Part shown: positions 39,712 to 56,300 of the stretch, in pieces
How the letters are laid out: the number at the start of each line of letters is the position of its first letter
How positions within the stretch are numbered: position 1 is the stretch's first letter
Source of the DNA: Eledone cirrhosa
Lineage: Eukaryota
Assembly (NCBI GenBank): GCA_964016885.1
Contig: OZ024743.1
Span: 148,986,001 to 149,050,000 of the forward strand
DNA length: 64,000 bases
Direction: 5' to 3'
Program-made: the position numbers and the translations under genes
Notes under the pieces: generated by a model
The model's database searches: none
The model's input: only the letters and a program-made list of their open reading frames with translations
What the model was told of the DNA's origin: nothing

Positions 39712-40898
39712 GAGAGATATATACTGAGAGAGATAAATTTGTAGCAATGTATTTGTGAGGTGGCAAAATAAGAAGCCTAATTTTTCAATGAGAAGTTGCT
39801 AGACATTCACTCAACCCATTTGCGTTTCTAGAGTGGTCTCAATGATCCTTTTCATCAATCAACCTAGCTGATTCTGAAGGTGAGAGTGAGAGAGAAGAAT
39901 CAATTTTGACATACTTTATATACTAACTCAAGAAGAATGAAAGGCACTGTTGACCTCAGTGGATTTTGAACCCTGAGTTCAGAAAGCCAGAACATTCTAT
40001 CTGATAATCCAATGCTTTTGTCAATTCACCACCTTATATCATTATACACATGCAATAATAATATATAAAACATCATAACCTCCCTTGTGCTGGTGCCATG
40101 ATAAAATGTACTTGGTAGAATGCAGGAATGTATGTAAGCATGATGCAGGTCCCTAACCCATTTATGTGGTCAGTACTCCATGTGTACTGACTTCACCTGT
40201 GAAAAACCATCCAAACCTTGCTAGCATGGAGAACAGATGGTAAATGGTGGTAGTGATGATGATGAATTATAAAGATAATAATTATTAATTATTCATACAT
40301 CATTAGCCTAACTTAGAAATAAAGGTTTTCAGTTCAAACTCCTTCTGGCCCTCTGCATGTATCAACTGAGGATGCATTGAGATCAATACAGTCTAATCTA
40401 AATATAAAATAGCAGTTAATATTAAAGATAAGCTAATTGTTAGGATAATTATGGTCTTAATAATTGTTTCTACTATTGGCAAAAAGCCAGAAATGTTTTG
40501 TGAGTGGGAAATAGTACTTGACTGCTATATTATTTTATCAACCCTAGAAGGATGAAAGGGAAAGTTGATCTTGGCAAAGTTTAAACTAAAAATGTAAAGT
40601 GCTGAAACATATATGAGAAAGCATTTTGTTTGATGCTCTAACGATTCTCTAAATACACCATCCTGTAATCTTAATACTTGTTTGTAAATTTAGTGAAACC
40701 ACATATTTTAGAGAACAGGTATAAGCAATTGAATTCACATCTAGTATATAGTTGGGAACCTCTACATTGTCTATTGACCAGCTAAAAAATTCCACCATCA
40801 CCCCTATCACCACCATCACCATCTGCATGATCACACACACCACCAACACCATTACTATGTGGTGAAACAACTGTCAAGAAATACAGCCAAATCTTTAA

Positions 40899-41094
40899 CC
40901 CTTTAGCATTTACATTTCTCTATATATTATTGTATTTTGGTGGTAAAGGCTTTATTTCACATAATATCTCACATAATATTGAATCTATGAGATTTTGATG
41001 CTATTCATTTTGAGAACAATACCTTAAGTATGGGTGTCCAGTTACAGCTGGTTTGAACAGAAAGAGGTATACAGTCGGTTTAAATGCTAAAGGG
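40899..41094. mobile_element. piggyBac-type MITE
   Basis: TTAA|CCCTTTAGCATTTA ... TAAATGCTAAAGGG|TTAA: perfect 14-bp TIRs and TTAA duplication. Confidence 0.85.
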
Positions 41095-41099
41095 TTAAA

Positions 41100-41265
41100 C
41101 TACATCCTACTATCTTAGAAAAGGACACATCGAATAATGATATCTTTAGTGATGATGATGATGAGTCTTCTTCTCAAAGGGAAAAAGATGGTTTGGTCAC
41201 AGCTTGAATGCTGTTGATAATAGATCTGTTCAACCATGGTTGATCTGGGACTAAACAGCAATAAC
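41100..41265 (+). mobile_element. old interspersed repeat (family C) 3' end
   Basis: GATGGTTTGGTCACAGCTTGAATGC...ATAGATCTG...GGGACTAAACAGCAATAAC resembles reverse copies at ~9860-10050, 10097-10300 and 18130-18200, and a plus copy at ~32335-32415. Confidence 0.5.
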
Positions 41266-41379
41266 TATCTCTATCAACAATACTTACAATAACAAAATAA
41301 ATACCAACTCCATCAATAACAACCTCCCCACAATTACAATCATCTCTTCAAACACCATCAATATCAATATCATCTCAAG

Positions 41380-44300
41380 TACCACCACCACCACCACCAG
41401 TAACAACATCACCTCAACTACCACCACCACCAGTAACAACATCACTTCCACTACCACCACCACCACCAGTAACAACATCACCTCCACTACCACCACCACC
41501 AGTAACATCACCTCGACTACCACCACCACCACCAGTAACATCACCTCAACTACCACCACCACCACCAGTAACATCCCCTCAACTACCTCCACCACCAGTA
41601 ACATCACCTCAACTACCACCACCACCAGTAACACCATCATCTCAACCACGACCACCAGTAACAACATCACCTCCACTACCACCACCACCAGTAACATCAC
41701 CTGCACTACCACCACCACCAGTAACATCACCTCAACTACCACCACCACCAGTAACATCACCTCAACTACCACCATCACCAGTAACATCACCTCAACTACC
41801 ACCACCACCATTAACATCACCTCAACTACCACCACCACCAGTAACATCGCCTCAACTACCACCACCACCAGTAACATCACCTCAACTACCACCACCACAA
41901 TTAACATCACCTCAACTACCACCACCACCAGTAACATCGCCTCAACTACCACCACCACCAGTAACATCACCTCAACTACCACCACCACCAGTAACAACAT
42001 CACATCCACTAACACCACCACCAGTAACATCACCTCAACTACCACCACCACCACCAGTAACATCACCTCAACTACCACCAAAAACACCAGTAACATCACC
42101 TCAACTACCACCACCACCAGTAACATCACCTCAACTACCACCACCACCAGTAACATCACCTCAACTATCACCACCACCACCAGTAACATCACCCCAACTA
42201 CCACCACCACCAGTAACATCACCTCACTACCAACACCACCAGTAACATCACCTCAACTACCACCACCACTAGTAACATCACCTCAGCTACCACCACCACC
42301 AGTAACATCAATTCAACTACCACCACCACCAGTAACATCACCTCAACTACCACCACCACCACCAGTAACATAACCTCAACTACCACCACCACCAGTAACA
42401 TCACCCCAACCACCACCACCACCACCAGTAACATCAATTCAACTACCACCACCACCAGTAACATCACCTCAACTACCACCACCACCAGTAACATCAATTC
42501 AACTACCACGACCACCAGTAACATCACCTCAACTACCACCACCACCAGTAACATCACCTCAACTACCACCACCACCAGTTACAACATCACCTCAACCACC
42601 ACCACCACCAGTAACATCACCCCAACTACCACCACCACCAGTAACATCACCTCACTACCACCACCACCAGTAACATCACCTCAACTACCACCACCACCAG
42701 TAACATCACCTCAACTACCACCACCACCACCAGTAACATCAATTCAACTACCACCACCACCAGTAACATCACCTCAACTACCACCACCACCAGTAACATC
42801 ACCTCAACTACCACCACCACCATTAACATCACCTCAACCACCACCACCACCAGTAACATCACCTCAAGTACCACCACCACCAGTAACATCACCTCAACTA
42901 CCACCACCACCAGTAACATCACCTCAACTACCACCACCACCAGTAACATCACCTCAACCACCACCATCATCAGTAAAATCACCCCAACTACCACCATCAC
43001 CAGTAACAACATCACCTCAACCACCACCAGTAACATCACCTCAAATAACACCACCACCAGTAACATCACCTCAACCACCACCACCACCAGTAACATCACC
43101 TCAACTACCACCACCACCAGTAACATCACCTCCAGTACCACCACCACCAGTAACATCACCTCAACTACCACCACCACAAGTAACAACACCTCAACTACCA
43201 CCACCACCAGTAACATCACCTCAACTACCACCACCACCTGTAACATCACCTCAACTACCACCACCACAAGTAACATCACCTCAACTACCACCACCACCAG
43301 TAACATTAGCCCAACTACCACCAACACCAGTAACATCACCTCAACTACCCCCACCACCAGTAACATCACCTCCACAACCACCACCACCAGTTACAACATC
43401 ACCTAAACTACCATCACCACCAGTAACATCCCGTCAAGTACCACCACCACCATTAACATCACCTCAACTACCACCACCACCAGTAACATCACCTCAACTA
43501 CCACCACCACCAATAACATCACCTCAACTACCACCACCACCAGTAACAACATCACCTCCACTACCACCACCACCAGTAACATCACCTCAACTACCACCAC
43601 CACCAGTAACATCACCTCAACTACCAACACCACCAGTAACATCACCTCAACTATCACCACCACCACCAGTAACATCACCCCAACTACCACCACCACCAGC
43701 AACATCACCTCACTACCAACACCACCAGTAACATCACCTCAACTACCACCACCACTAGTAACATCACCTCAGCTACCACCACCACCATTAACATCACCTC
43801 AACTACCACCACCACCAATAACATCACCCCAACTACCACCACCACCAGCAACATCACCTCACTACCAACACCACCAGTAACATCACCTAAACTACCATCA
43901 CCACCAGTAACATCCCGTCAAGTACCACCACCACCATTAACATCACCTCAACTACCACCACCACCAGTAACATCACCTCAACTACCACCACCACCAATAA
44001 CATCACCTCAACTACCACCACCACCAGTAACAACATCACCTCCACTACCACCACCACCAGTAACATCACCTCAACTACCACCACCACCAGTAACATCACC
44101 CCAACTACCACCACCACCAGCAACATCACCTCACTACCAACACCACCAGTAACATCACCTCAACTACCACCACCACTAGTAACATCACCTCAGCTACCAC
44201 CACCACCAGTAACATCACCTCAACTACCACCACCACCAGTAACATCACCTCAACTACCACCACCACCACCAGTAACATCAATTCAACTACCACCACCACC

Positions 44301-47300
44301 AGTAACATCACCTCAACTACCACCACCACCAGTAACAACACCTCAACTACCACCACCACCATTAACATCACCTCAACCACCACCACCACCAGTAACATCA
44401 CCTCAACTACCACCACCACCAGTAACATCACCTCAACTACCACCACCACCAGTAACATCACCTCAACTACCACCACCACCAGTAACATCACCTCAACTAC
44501 CACCACAACCAGTAACAACATACACTCCACTACCACCACCACCAGTAACATCACCTCAACTACCACCACCACCAGTAACATCACCTCAACTACCACCACC
44601 ACCAGTAACATCACCTCAACTACCACCACCACCATTAACATCACCTCAACCACCACCACCACCAGTAACATCACCTCAACTACCACCACCACCAGTAACA
44701 TCACCTCAACTACCACCACCACCAGTAACATCACCACAACTACCACCACCACCAGTAACATCACCTCAACCACCACCATCATCAGTAAAATCAACCCAAC
44801 TACCACCACCACCAGTAACAACATCACCTCAACCACCACCACCACCAGTAACATCACCTCAACTAACACCACCACCAGTAACATCACCTCAACCACCACC
44901 ACCACCAGTAACATCACCTCAACTACCACCACCACAAGTAACAACACCTCAACTACCACCACCACCAGTAACATCACCTCAACTACCACCACCACCTGTA
45001 ACATCACCTCAACTACCACCACCACAAGTAACATCACCTCAACTACCACCACCACCAGTAACATTAGCCCAACTACCACCAACACCAGTAACATCACCTC
45101 AACTACCCCCACCACCAGTATCATCACCTCCACAACCACCACCACCAGTTACAACATCACCTAAACTACCACCACCACCAATAACATCACCTCAACTACC
45201 AACATCACCAGTAACATCACCTCAACTACCACCACCACCACCAGTAACAGCACCTCAACTACCACCAGCACCACCAGTAACATCACCTCAACTACCACCA
45301 CCACCAGTAACCACACCTCAATTACCACCACCACCAGTAACATCACCTCAACTACCACCACCATCAGTAACAACACCTCAACTACCACCACCACCAGTAA
45401 CATCACATCAACCACCACCACCACCAGTAACAACATCATGTCAACTACCACCACCACCAGTAACATCACCTCAACTACCACCACCACCAGTAACATCACC
45501 TCAACTACCAACACCACCAGTAACATCACCTCAACTATCACCACCACCACCAGTAACATCACCCCAACTACCACCACCACCAGCAACATCACCTCACTAC
45601 CAACACCACCAGTAACATCACCTCAACTACCACCACCACTAGTAACATCACCTCAGCTACCACCACCACCAGTAACATCACCTCAACTACCACCACCACC
45701 AGTAACATCACCTCAACTACCACCACCACCACCAGTAACATCAATTCAACTACCACCACCACCAGTAACATCACCTCAACTACCACCACCACCAGTAACA
45801 ACACCTCAACTACCACCACCACCATTAACATCACCTCAACCACCACCACCACCAGTAACATCACCTCAACTACCACCACCACCAGTAACATCACCTCAAC
45901 TACCACCACCACCAGTAACATCACCTCAACTACCACCACCACCAGTAACATCACCTCAACTACCACCACAACCAGTAACAACATACACTCCACTACCACC
46001 ACCACCAGTAACATCACCTCAACTACCACCACCACCAGTAACATCACCTCAACTACCACCACCACCAGTAACATCACCTCAACTACCACCACCACATATT
46101 AACATCACCTCAACCACAACCACCACCAGTAACATCACCTCAACTACCACCACCACCAGTAACATCACCTCAACTACCACCACCACCAGTAACATCACCG
46201 CAACTACCACCACCACCAGTAACATCACCTCAACCACCACCATCATCAGTAAAATCAACCCAACTACCACCACCACCAGTAACAACATCACCTCAACCAC
46301 CACCACCACCAGTAACATCACCTCAACTAACACCACCACCAGTAACATCACCTCAACCACCACCACCACCAGTAACATCACCTCAACTACCACCACCACA
46401 AGTAACAACACCTCAACTACCACCACCACCAGTAACATCACCTCAACTACCACCACCACCTGTAACATCACCTCAACTACCACCACCACAAGTAACATCA
46501 CCTCAACTACCACCACCACCAGTAACATTAGCCCAACTACCACCAACACCAGTAACATCACCTCAACTACCCCCACCACCAGTATCATCACCTCCACAAC
46601 CACCACCACCAGTTACAACATCACCGAAACTACCACCACCACCAATAACATCACCTCAACTACCAACATCACCAGTAACATCACCTCAACTACCACCACC
46701 ACCACCAGTAACAGCACCTCAACTACCACCAGCACCACCAGTAACATCACCTCAACTACCACCACCACCAGTAACCACACCTCAATTACCACCACCACCA
46801 GTAACATCACCTCAACTACCACCACCATCAGTAACAACACCTCAACTACCACCACCACCAGTAACATCACATCAACCACCACCACCACCAGTAACAACAT
46901 CATGTCAACTACCACCACCACCAGTAACATCACCTCAACTACCACCACCACCAGTAACAACACCTCAACTACCACCACCACCAGTAACATCACCTCAACT
47001 ACCACCACCACCAGTAACATCAGCTCAACTACCAACACCACCAGTAACAACACCTCAACTACCACCACCACCAGTAACATCACCTCAACTACCACCACCA
47101 CCAGTAACATCACCTCAACTACCACCACCACCAGTAACATCACCTCAACTACCACCGCCACCAGTAACATCACCTCAACTACCACCACCACCAATAACAT
47201 CACCTCAACTACCACCACCACCAGTAACATCACCTCAACTACCACCACCACCAGTAACATCACCTCAACTACCACCACCACCAGTAACATCACCTCAACT

Positions 47301-50300
47301 ACCACCACCACCAGTAACAACACCTCAACTACCACCACCACCAGTAACAACATCACCTCAACTACCACCACCACCTGTAACATCACCTCAACTACCACCA
47401 CCACCAGTAACATCACATCAACCACCACCACCACCAGTAACATCACCTCAACTACCACCACCACCAGTAACATCACCTCAACTACCACCACAACCAGTAA
47501 CATCACCTCAACTACCACCACCACCACCAGTAACATCACCTCAACTACCACCACCACCAGTAACATCACCTCAACTACCACCACCACCAGTAACAACAAC
47601 ACCTCAACCACCACCATCACCAGTAACATCACCTCAACTACTACCACCACCACCAGAAACATCACCTCAACTACCACCACCACCAGTAACGTCACCTCAA
47701 CCACCACCACCACCAGTAACATCACCTCAACTCCCACCACCACCAGTAACATCACCTCAACTACCACCACCACCAGTAACATCACCTCAACTACCACCAC
47801 CACCAGTAACATCACCTCAACTACCACCACCACCAGTAACATCACCTCAACTACCACCACCACCAGTAACATCATCTCAACTACCACCACCACCACCACC
47901 AGTAACATCACCTCAACCACCACCATCACCAGTAACAACATCACCTCAACCACCACCACCACCAGTAACATCACCTCACCACCACCACCACCAGTAACAT
48001 CACCTCAACTACCACCACCACCAGTAACATCACCTCAACTACCACCACCACCAGTAACAACATCACCTCAACTACCACCACCACCAGTAACATCACCTCA
48101 ACTACCACCACCACCACCACCAGAAACATCACCTCAACTACCACCACCACCAGTAACAACATCACCTCAACTACCACCACCACCAGTAACATCACCTCAA
48201 CTACCACCACCACCAGTAACATCACCTCAACTACCACCACCACCAGTAACATCACCTCAACTACCACCACCACCAGTAACAACATCACCTCAACTACCAC
48301 CACCACCAGTAACATCACCTCAACTACCACCACCACACCACCAGTAACATCACCTAAACTACCACCACCACCAATAACATCACCTCAACTACCAACATCA
48401 CCAGTAACATCACCTCAACTACCACCACCACCACCAGTAACAGCACCTCAACTACCACCAGCACCACCAGTAACATCACCTCAACTACCACCACCACCAG
48501 TAACCACAACTCAATTACCACCACCACCAGTAACATCACCTCAACTACCACCACCATCAGTAACAACACCTCAACTACCACCACCACCAGTAACATCACA
48601 TCAACCACCACCACCACCAGTAACAACATCATGTCAACTACCACCACCACCAGTAACATCACCTCAACTACCACCACCACCAGTAACATCACCTCAACTA
48701 CCAACACCACCAGTAACATCACCTCAACTATCACCACCACCACCAGTAACATCACCCCAACTACCACCACCACCAGCAACATCACCTCACTACCAACACC
48801 ACCAGTAACATCACCTCAACTACCACCACCACTAGTAACATCACCTCAGCTACCACCACCACCAGTAACATCACCTCAACTACCACCACCACCAGTAACA
48901 TCACCTCAACTACCACCACCACCACCAGTAACATCAATTCAACTACCACCACCACCAGTAACATCACCTCAACTACCACCACCACCAGTAACAACACCTC
49001 AACTACCACCACCACCATTAACATCACCTCAACCACCACCACCACCAGTAACATCACCTCAACTACCACCACCACCAGTAACATCACCTCAACTACCACC
49101 ACCACCAGTAACATCACCTCAACTACCACCACCACCAGTAACATCACCTCAACTACCACCACAACCAGTAACAACATACACTCCACTACCACCACCACCA
49201 GTAACATCACCTCAACTACCACCACCACCAGTAACATCACCTCAACTACCACCACCACCAGTAACATCACCTCAACTACCACCACCACATATTAACATCA
49301 CCTCAACCACAACCACCACCAGTAACATCACCTCAACTACCACCACCACCAGTAACATCACCTCAACTACCACCACCACCAGTAACATCACCGCAACTAC
49401 CACCACCACCAGTAACATCACCTCAACCACCACCATCATCAGTAAAATCAACCCAACTACCACCACCACCAGTAACAACATCACCTCAACCACCACCACC
49501 ACCAGTAACATCACCTCAACTAACACCACCACCAGTAACATCACCTCAACCACCACCACCACCAGTAACATCACCTCAACTACCACCACCACAAGTAACA
49601 ACACCTCAACTACCACCACCACCAGTAACATCACCTCAACTACCACCACCACCTGTAACATCACCTCAACTACCACCACCACAAGTAACATCACCTCAAC
49701 TACCACCACCACCAGTAACATTAGCCCAACTACCACCAACACCAGTAACATCACCTCAACTACCCCCACCACCAGTATCATCACCTCCACAACCACCACC
49801 ACCAGTTACAACATCACCTAAACTACCACCACCACCAATAACATCACCTCAACTACCAACATCACCAGTAACATCACCTCAACTACCACCACCACCACCA
49901 GTAACAGCACCTCAACTACCACCAGCACCACCAGTAACATCACCTCAACTACCACCACCACCAGTAACCACACCTCAATTACCACCACCACCAGTAACAT
50001 CACCTCAACTACCACCACCATCAGTAACAACACCTCAACTACCACCACCACCAGTAACATCACATCAACCACCACCACCACCAGTAACAACATCATGTCA
50101 ACTACCACCACCACCAGTAACATCACCTCAACTACCACCACCACCAGTAACAACACCTCAACTACCACCACCACCAGTAACATCACCTCAACTACCACCA
50201 CCACCAGTAACATCAGCTCAACTACCAACACCACCAGTAACAACACCTCAACTACCACCACCACCAGTAACATCACCTCAACTACCACCACCACCAGTAA

Positions 50301-53300
50301 CATCACCTCAACTACCACCACCACCAGTAACATCACCTCAACTACCACCGCCACCAGTAACATCACCTCAACTACCACCACCACCAATAACATCACCTCA
50401 ACTACCACCACCACCAGTAACATCACCTCAACTACCACCACCACCAGTAACATCACCTCAACTACCACCACCACCAGTAACATCACCTCAACTACCACCA
50501 CCACCAGTAACAACACCTCAACTACCACCACCACCAGTAACAACATCACCTCAACTACCACCACCACCTGTAACATCACCTCAACTACCACCACCACCAG
50601 TAACATCACATCAACCACCACCACCACCAGTAACATCACCTCAACTACCACCACCACCAGTAACATCACCTCAACTACCACCACAACCAGTAACATCACC
50701 TCAACTACCACCACCACCACCAGTAACATCACCTCAACTACCACCACCACCAGTAACATCACCTCAACTACCACCACCACCAGTAACAACAACACCTCAA
50801 CCACCACCATCACCAGTAACATCACCTCAACTACTACCACCACCACCAGAAACATCACCTCAACTACCACCACCACCAGTAACGTCACCTCAACCACCAC
50901 CACCACCAGTAACATCACCTCAACTCCCACCACCACCAGTAACATCACCTCAACTACCACCACCACCAGTAACATCACCTCAACTACCACCACCACCAGT
51001 AACATCACCTCAACTACCACCACCACCAGTAACATCACCTCAACTACCACCACCACCAGTAACATCATCTCAACTACCACCACCACCACCACCAGTAACA
51101 TCACCTCAACCACCACCATCACCAGTAACAACATCACCTCAACCACCACCACCACCAGTAACATCACCTCACCACCACCACCACCAGTAACATCACCTCA
51201 ACTACCACCACCACCAGTAACATCACCTCAACTACCACCACCACCAGTAACAACATCACCTCAACTACCACCACCACCAGTAACATCACCTCAACTACCA
51301 CCACCACCACCACCAGAAACATCACCTCAACTACCACCACCACCAGTAACAACATCACCTCAACTACCACCACCACCAGTAACATCACCTCAACTACCAC
51401 CACCACCAGTAACATCACCTCAACTACCACCACCACCAGTAACATCACCTCAACTACCACCACCACCAGTAACAACATCACCTCAACTACCACCACCACC
51501 AGTAACATCACCTCAACTACCACCACCACACCACCAGTAACATCACCTAAACTACCACCACCACCAGTAACATCACCTCAACTACCACCACCACAAGTAA
51601 CAACACCTCAACTACCACCACCACCAGTAACATCACCTCAACTACCACCACCACCTGTAACATCACCTCAACTACCACCACCACAAGTAACATCACCTCA
51701 ACTACCACCACCACCAGTAACATTAGCCCAACTACCACCAACACCAGTAACATCACCTCAACTACCCCCACCACCAGTATCATCACCTCCACAACCACCA
51801 CCACCAGTTACAACATCACCTAAACTACCACCACCACCAATAACATCACCTCAACTACCAACATCACCAGTAACATCACCTCAACTACCACCACCACCAC
51901 CAGTAACAGCACCTCAACTACCACCAGCACCACCAGTAACATCACCTCAACTACCACCACCACCAGTAACCACACCTCAATTACCACCACCACCAGTAAC
52001 ATCACCTCAACTACCACCACCATCAGTAACAACACCTCAACTACCACCACCACCAGTAACATCACATCAACCACCACCACCACCAGTAACAACATCATGT
52101 CAACTACCACCACCACCAGTAACATCACCTCAACTACCACCACCACCAGTAACAACACCTCAACTACCACCACCACCAGTAACATCACCTCAACTACCAC
52201 CACCACCAGTAACATCAGCTCAACTACCAACACCACCAGTAACAACACCTCAACTACCACCACCACCAGTAACATCACCTCAACTACCACCACCACCAGT
52301 AACATCACCTCAACTACCACCACCACCAGTAACATCACCTCAACTACCACCACCACCAGTAACAACACCTCAACTACCACCACCACCAATAACAACATCA
52401 CCTCAACTACCACCACCACTAGTAACATCACCTCAACCACCACAACCACCAGTAACATCACCTCAACTACCACCACCACCAGTAACATCACCTCAACCAC
52501 CACAACCACCAGTAACATCACCTCAACTACCACCACCACCAGTAACATCACCTCAACCACCACAACCACCAGTAACATCACCTCAACTACCATCACCACC
52601 AGTAACATCACCTCAACTACCACCACCACCAGTAACATCACCTCAACTACCACCACCACCAGTAACATCACCTCAACCACCACCACCACCAGTAACATCA
52701 CCTCAACTACCACCACCACCAGTAACATCACCTCAACCACCACCACCACCAGTAACAACATCACCTCAACTACCACCACCACCAGTAACACCACCTCAAC
52801 TACCACCACCACCAGCAACACCACCTCAACTACCACCACCACCACCAGTAACATCACCTCAACTACCACCACCACCAGTACCATCACCTCAACTACCACC
52901 ACCACCAGTAACAACATCACCTCAACTACCACCACCACCAGTAACACCACCTCAACTACCACCACCACCAGCAACACCACCTCAACTACCACCACCACCA
53001 CCAGTAACATCACCTCAACTACCACCACCACCAGTACCATCACCTCAACTACCACCACCACCAGTAACATCACCTCAACTACTACCACCACCACCAGTAA
53101 CATCACCTCAACTACCACCACCACCAGTAACGTCACCTCAACCACCACCACCACCAGTAACATCACCTCAACTCCCACCACCACCAGTAACATCACCTCA
53201 ACTACCACCACCACCAGTAACATCACCTCAACTACCACCACCACCAGTAACATCACCTCAACTACCACCACCACCAGTAACATCACCTCAACTACCACCA

Positions 53301-56300
53301 CCACCAGTAACATCATCTCAACTACCACCACCACCACCACCAGTAACATCACCTCAACCACCACCATCACCAGTAACATCACCTCAACCACCACCACCAC
53401 CAGTAACATCACCTCACCACCACCACCACCAGTAACATCACCTCAACTACCACCACCACCAGTAACATCACCTCAACTACCACCACCACCAGTAACAACA
53501 TCACCTCAACTACCACCACCACCAGTAACATCACCTCAACTACCACCACCACCACCACCAGTAACATCACCTCAACTACCACCACCACCAGTAACAACAT
53601 CACCTCAACTACCACCACCACCAGTAACATCACCTCAACTACCACCACCACCAGTAACATCACCTCAACTACCACCACCACCAGTAACATCACCTCAACT
53701 ACCACCACCACCAGTAACAACATCACCTCAACTACCACCACCACCAGTAACATCACCTCAACTACCACCACCACACCACCAGTAACATCACCTCAACTAC
53801 CACCAGCACCAGTAACATCACCTCAACTACCACCACCACCAGTAACATCACCTCAACTACCACCACCACCAGTAACATCACCTCAACTACCACCACCACC
53901 AGTAACATCACCTCAACTACCACCACCACCAGTAACATCACCTCAACCACCACAACCACCAGTAACATCACCTCAACTACCACCACCACCAGTAACATCA
54001 CCTCAACTACCACCACCACCAGTAACAACATCACCTCAACTACCACCACCACCAGTAACATCACCTCAACTACCACCACCACCAGTAACCTCACCTCAAC
54101 TACCACCACCACCAATAACAACATCACCTAAACTACCACCACCACTAGTAACATCACCTCAACCACCACAACCACCAGTAACATCACCTCAACTACCACC
54201 ACCACCAGTAACATCACCTCAACCACCACAACCACCAGTAACATCACCTCAACTACCACCACCACCAGTAACATCACCTCAACCACCACAACCACCAGTA
54301 ACATCACCTCAACTACCATCACCACCAGTAACATCACCTCAACTACCACCACCACCAGTAACATCACCTCAACTACCACCACCACCAGTAACATCACCTC
54401 AACCACCACCACCACCAGTAACATCACCTCAACTACCACCACCACCAGTAACATCACCTCAACCACCACCACCACCAGTAACAACATCACCTCAACTACC
54501 ACCACCACCAGTAACACCACCTCAACTACCACCACCACCAGCAACACCACCTCAACTACCACCACCACCACCAGTAACATCACCTCAACTACCACCACCA
54601 CCAGTACCATCACCTCAACTACCACCACCACCAGTAACATCACCTCAACTACCACCACCACCAATATCATCTCCTCAACCACCACCTCTACCGGTAGAAT
54701 CAATACCTCAAATACTACCACCACCAGTAACATCACCTCAACTACCACCACCACCAGTAACATCACCTCAACTATCACCACCACCAGTAACATCACCTCA
54801 ACCACCACCACAACCAGTAACATCACCTCAACTACCACCAGCACCAGTAACAACATCACCTCAACTACCACCACCACCACCAGTAACAGCACCTCAACTA
54901 CCACCAGCACCACCAGTAACATCACCTCAACTACCACCACCACCAGTAACCACACCTCAATTACCACCACCACCAGTAACATCACCTCACCTACCACCAC
55001 CATCAGTAACAACACCTCAACTACCACCACCACCAGTAACATCACATCAACCACCACCACCACCAGTAACAACATCATGTCAACTACCACCACCACCAGT
55101 AACATCACCTCAACTACCACCACCACCAGTAACAACACCTCAACTACCACCACCACCAGTAACATCAGCTCAACTACCAACACCACCAGTAACAACACCT
55201 CAACTACCACCACCACCAGTAACATCACCTCAACTACCACCACCACCAGTAACATCACCTCAACTACCACCACCACCAGTAACATCACCTCAACTACCAC
55301 CGCCACCAGTAACATCACCTCAACTACCACCACCACCAGTAACATCACCTCAACTACCACCACCACCAGTAACATCACCTCAACTACCACCACCACCAGT
55401 AACATCACCTCAACTACCACCACCACCAGTAACATCACCTCAACTACCACCGCCACCAGTAACATCACCTCAACTACCACCAGCACCAGTAACATCACCT
55501 CAACTACCACCACCACCAGTAACATCACCTCAACTACCACCACCACCAGTAACATCACCTCAACTACCACCACCACCAGTAACATAACCTCAACTACCAC
55601 CACTACCTGTAACATCACCTCAACTACCACCACCACCAGTAACATCACATCAACCACCACCACCACCAGTAACATCACCTCAACTACCACCACCACCAGT
55701 AACATCACCTCAACTACCACCACAACCAGTAACATCACCTCAACTACCACCACCACCACCAGTAACATCACCTCAACTACCACCACCACCAGTAACATCA
55801 CCTCAACTACCACCACCACCAGTAACAACATCACCTCAACCACCACCATCACCAGTAACATCACCTCAACTACTACCACCACCACCAGTAACATCACCTC
55901 AACTACCACCACCACCAGTAACGTCACCTCAACCACCACCACCACCAGTAACATCACCTCAACTCCCACCACCACCAGTAACATCACCTCAACTACCACC
56001 ACCACCAGTAACATCACCTCAACTACCACCACCACCAGTAACATCACCTCAACTACCACCACCACCAGTAACATCACCTCAACTACCACCACCACCAGTA
56101 ACATCATCTCAACTACCACCAACACCACCACCAGTAACATCACCTCAACCACCACCATCACCAGTAACAACATCACCTCAACTACCACCACCACCAGTAA
56201 CATCACCTCACCACCACCACCACCAGTAACATCACCTCAACTACCACCACCACCAGTAACATCACCTCAACTACCACCACCACCAGTAACAACATCACCT

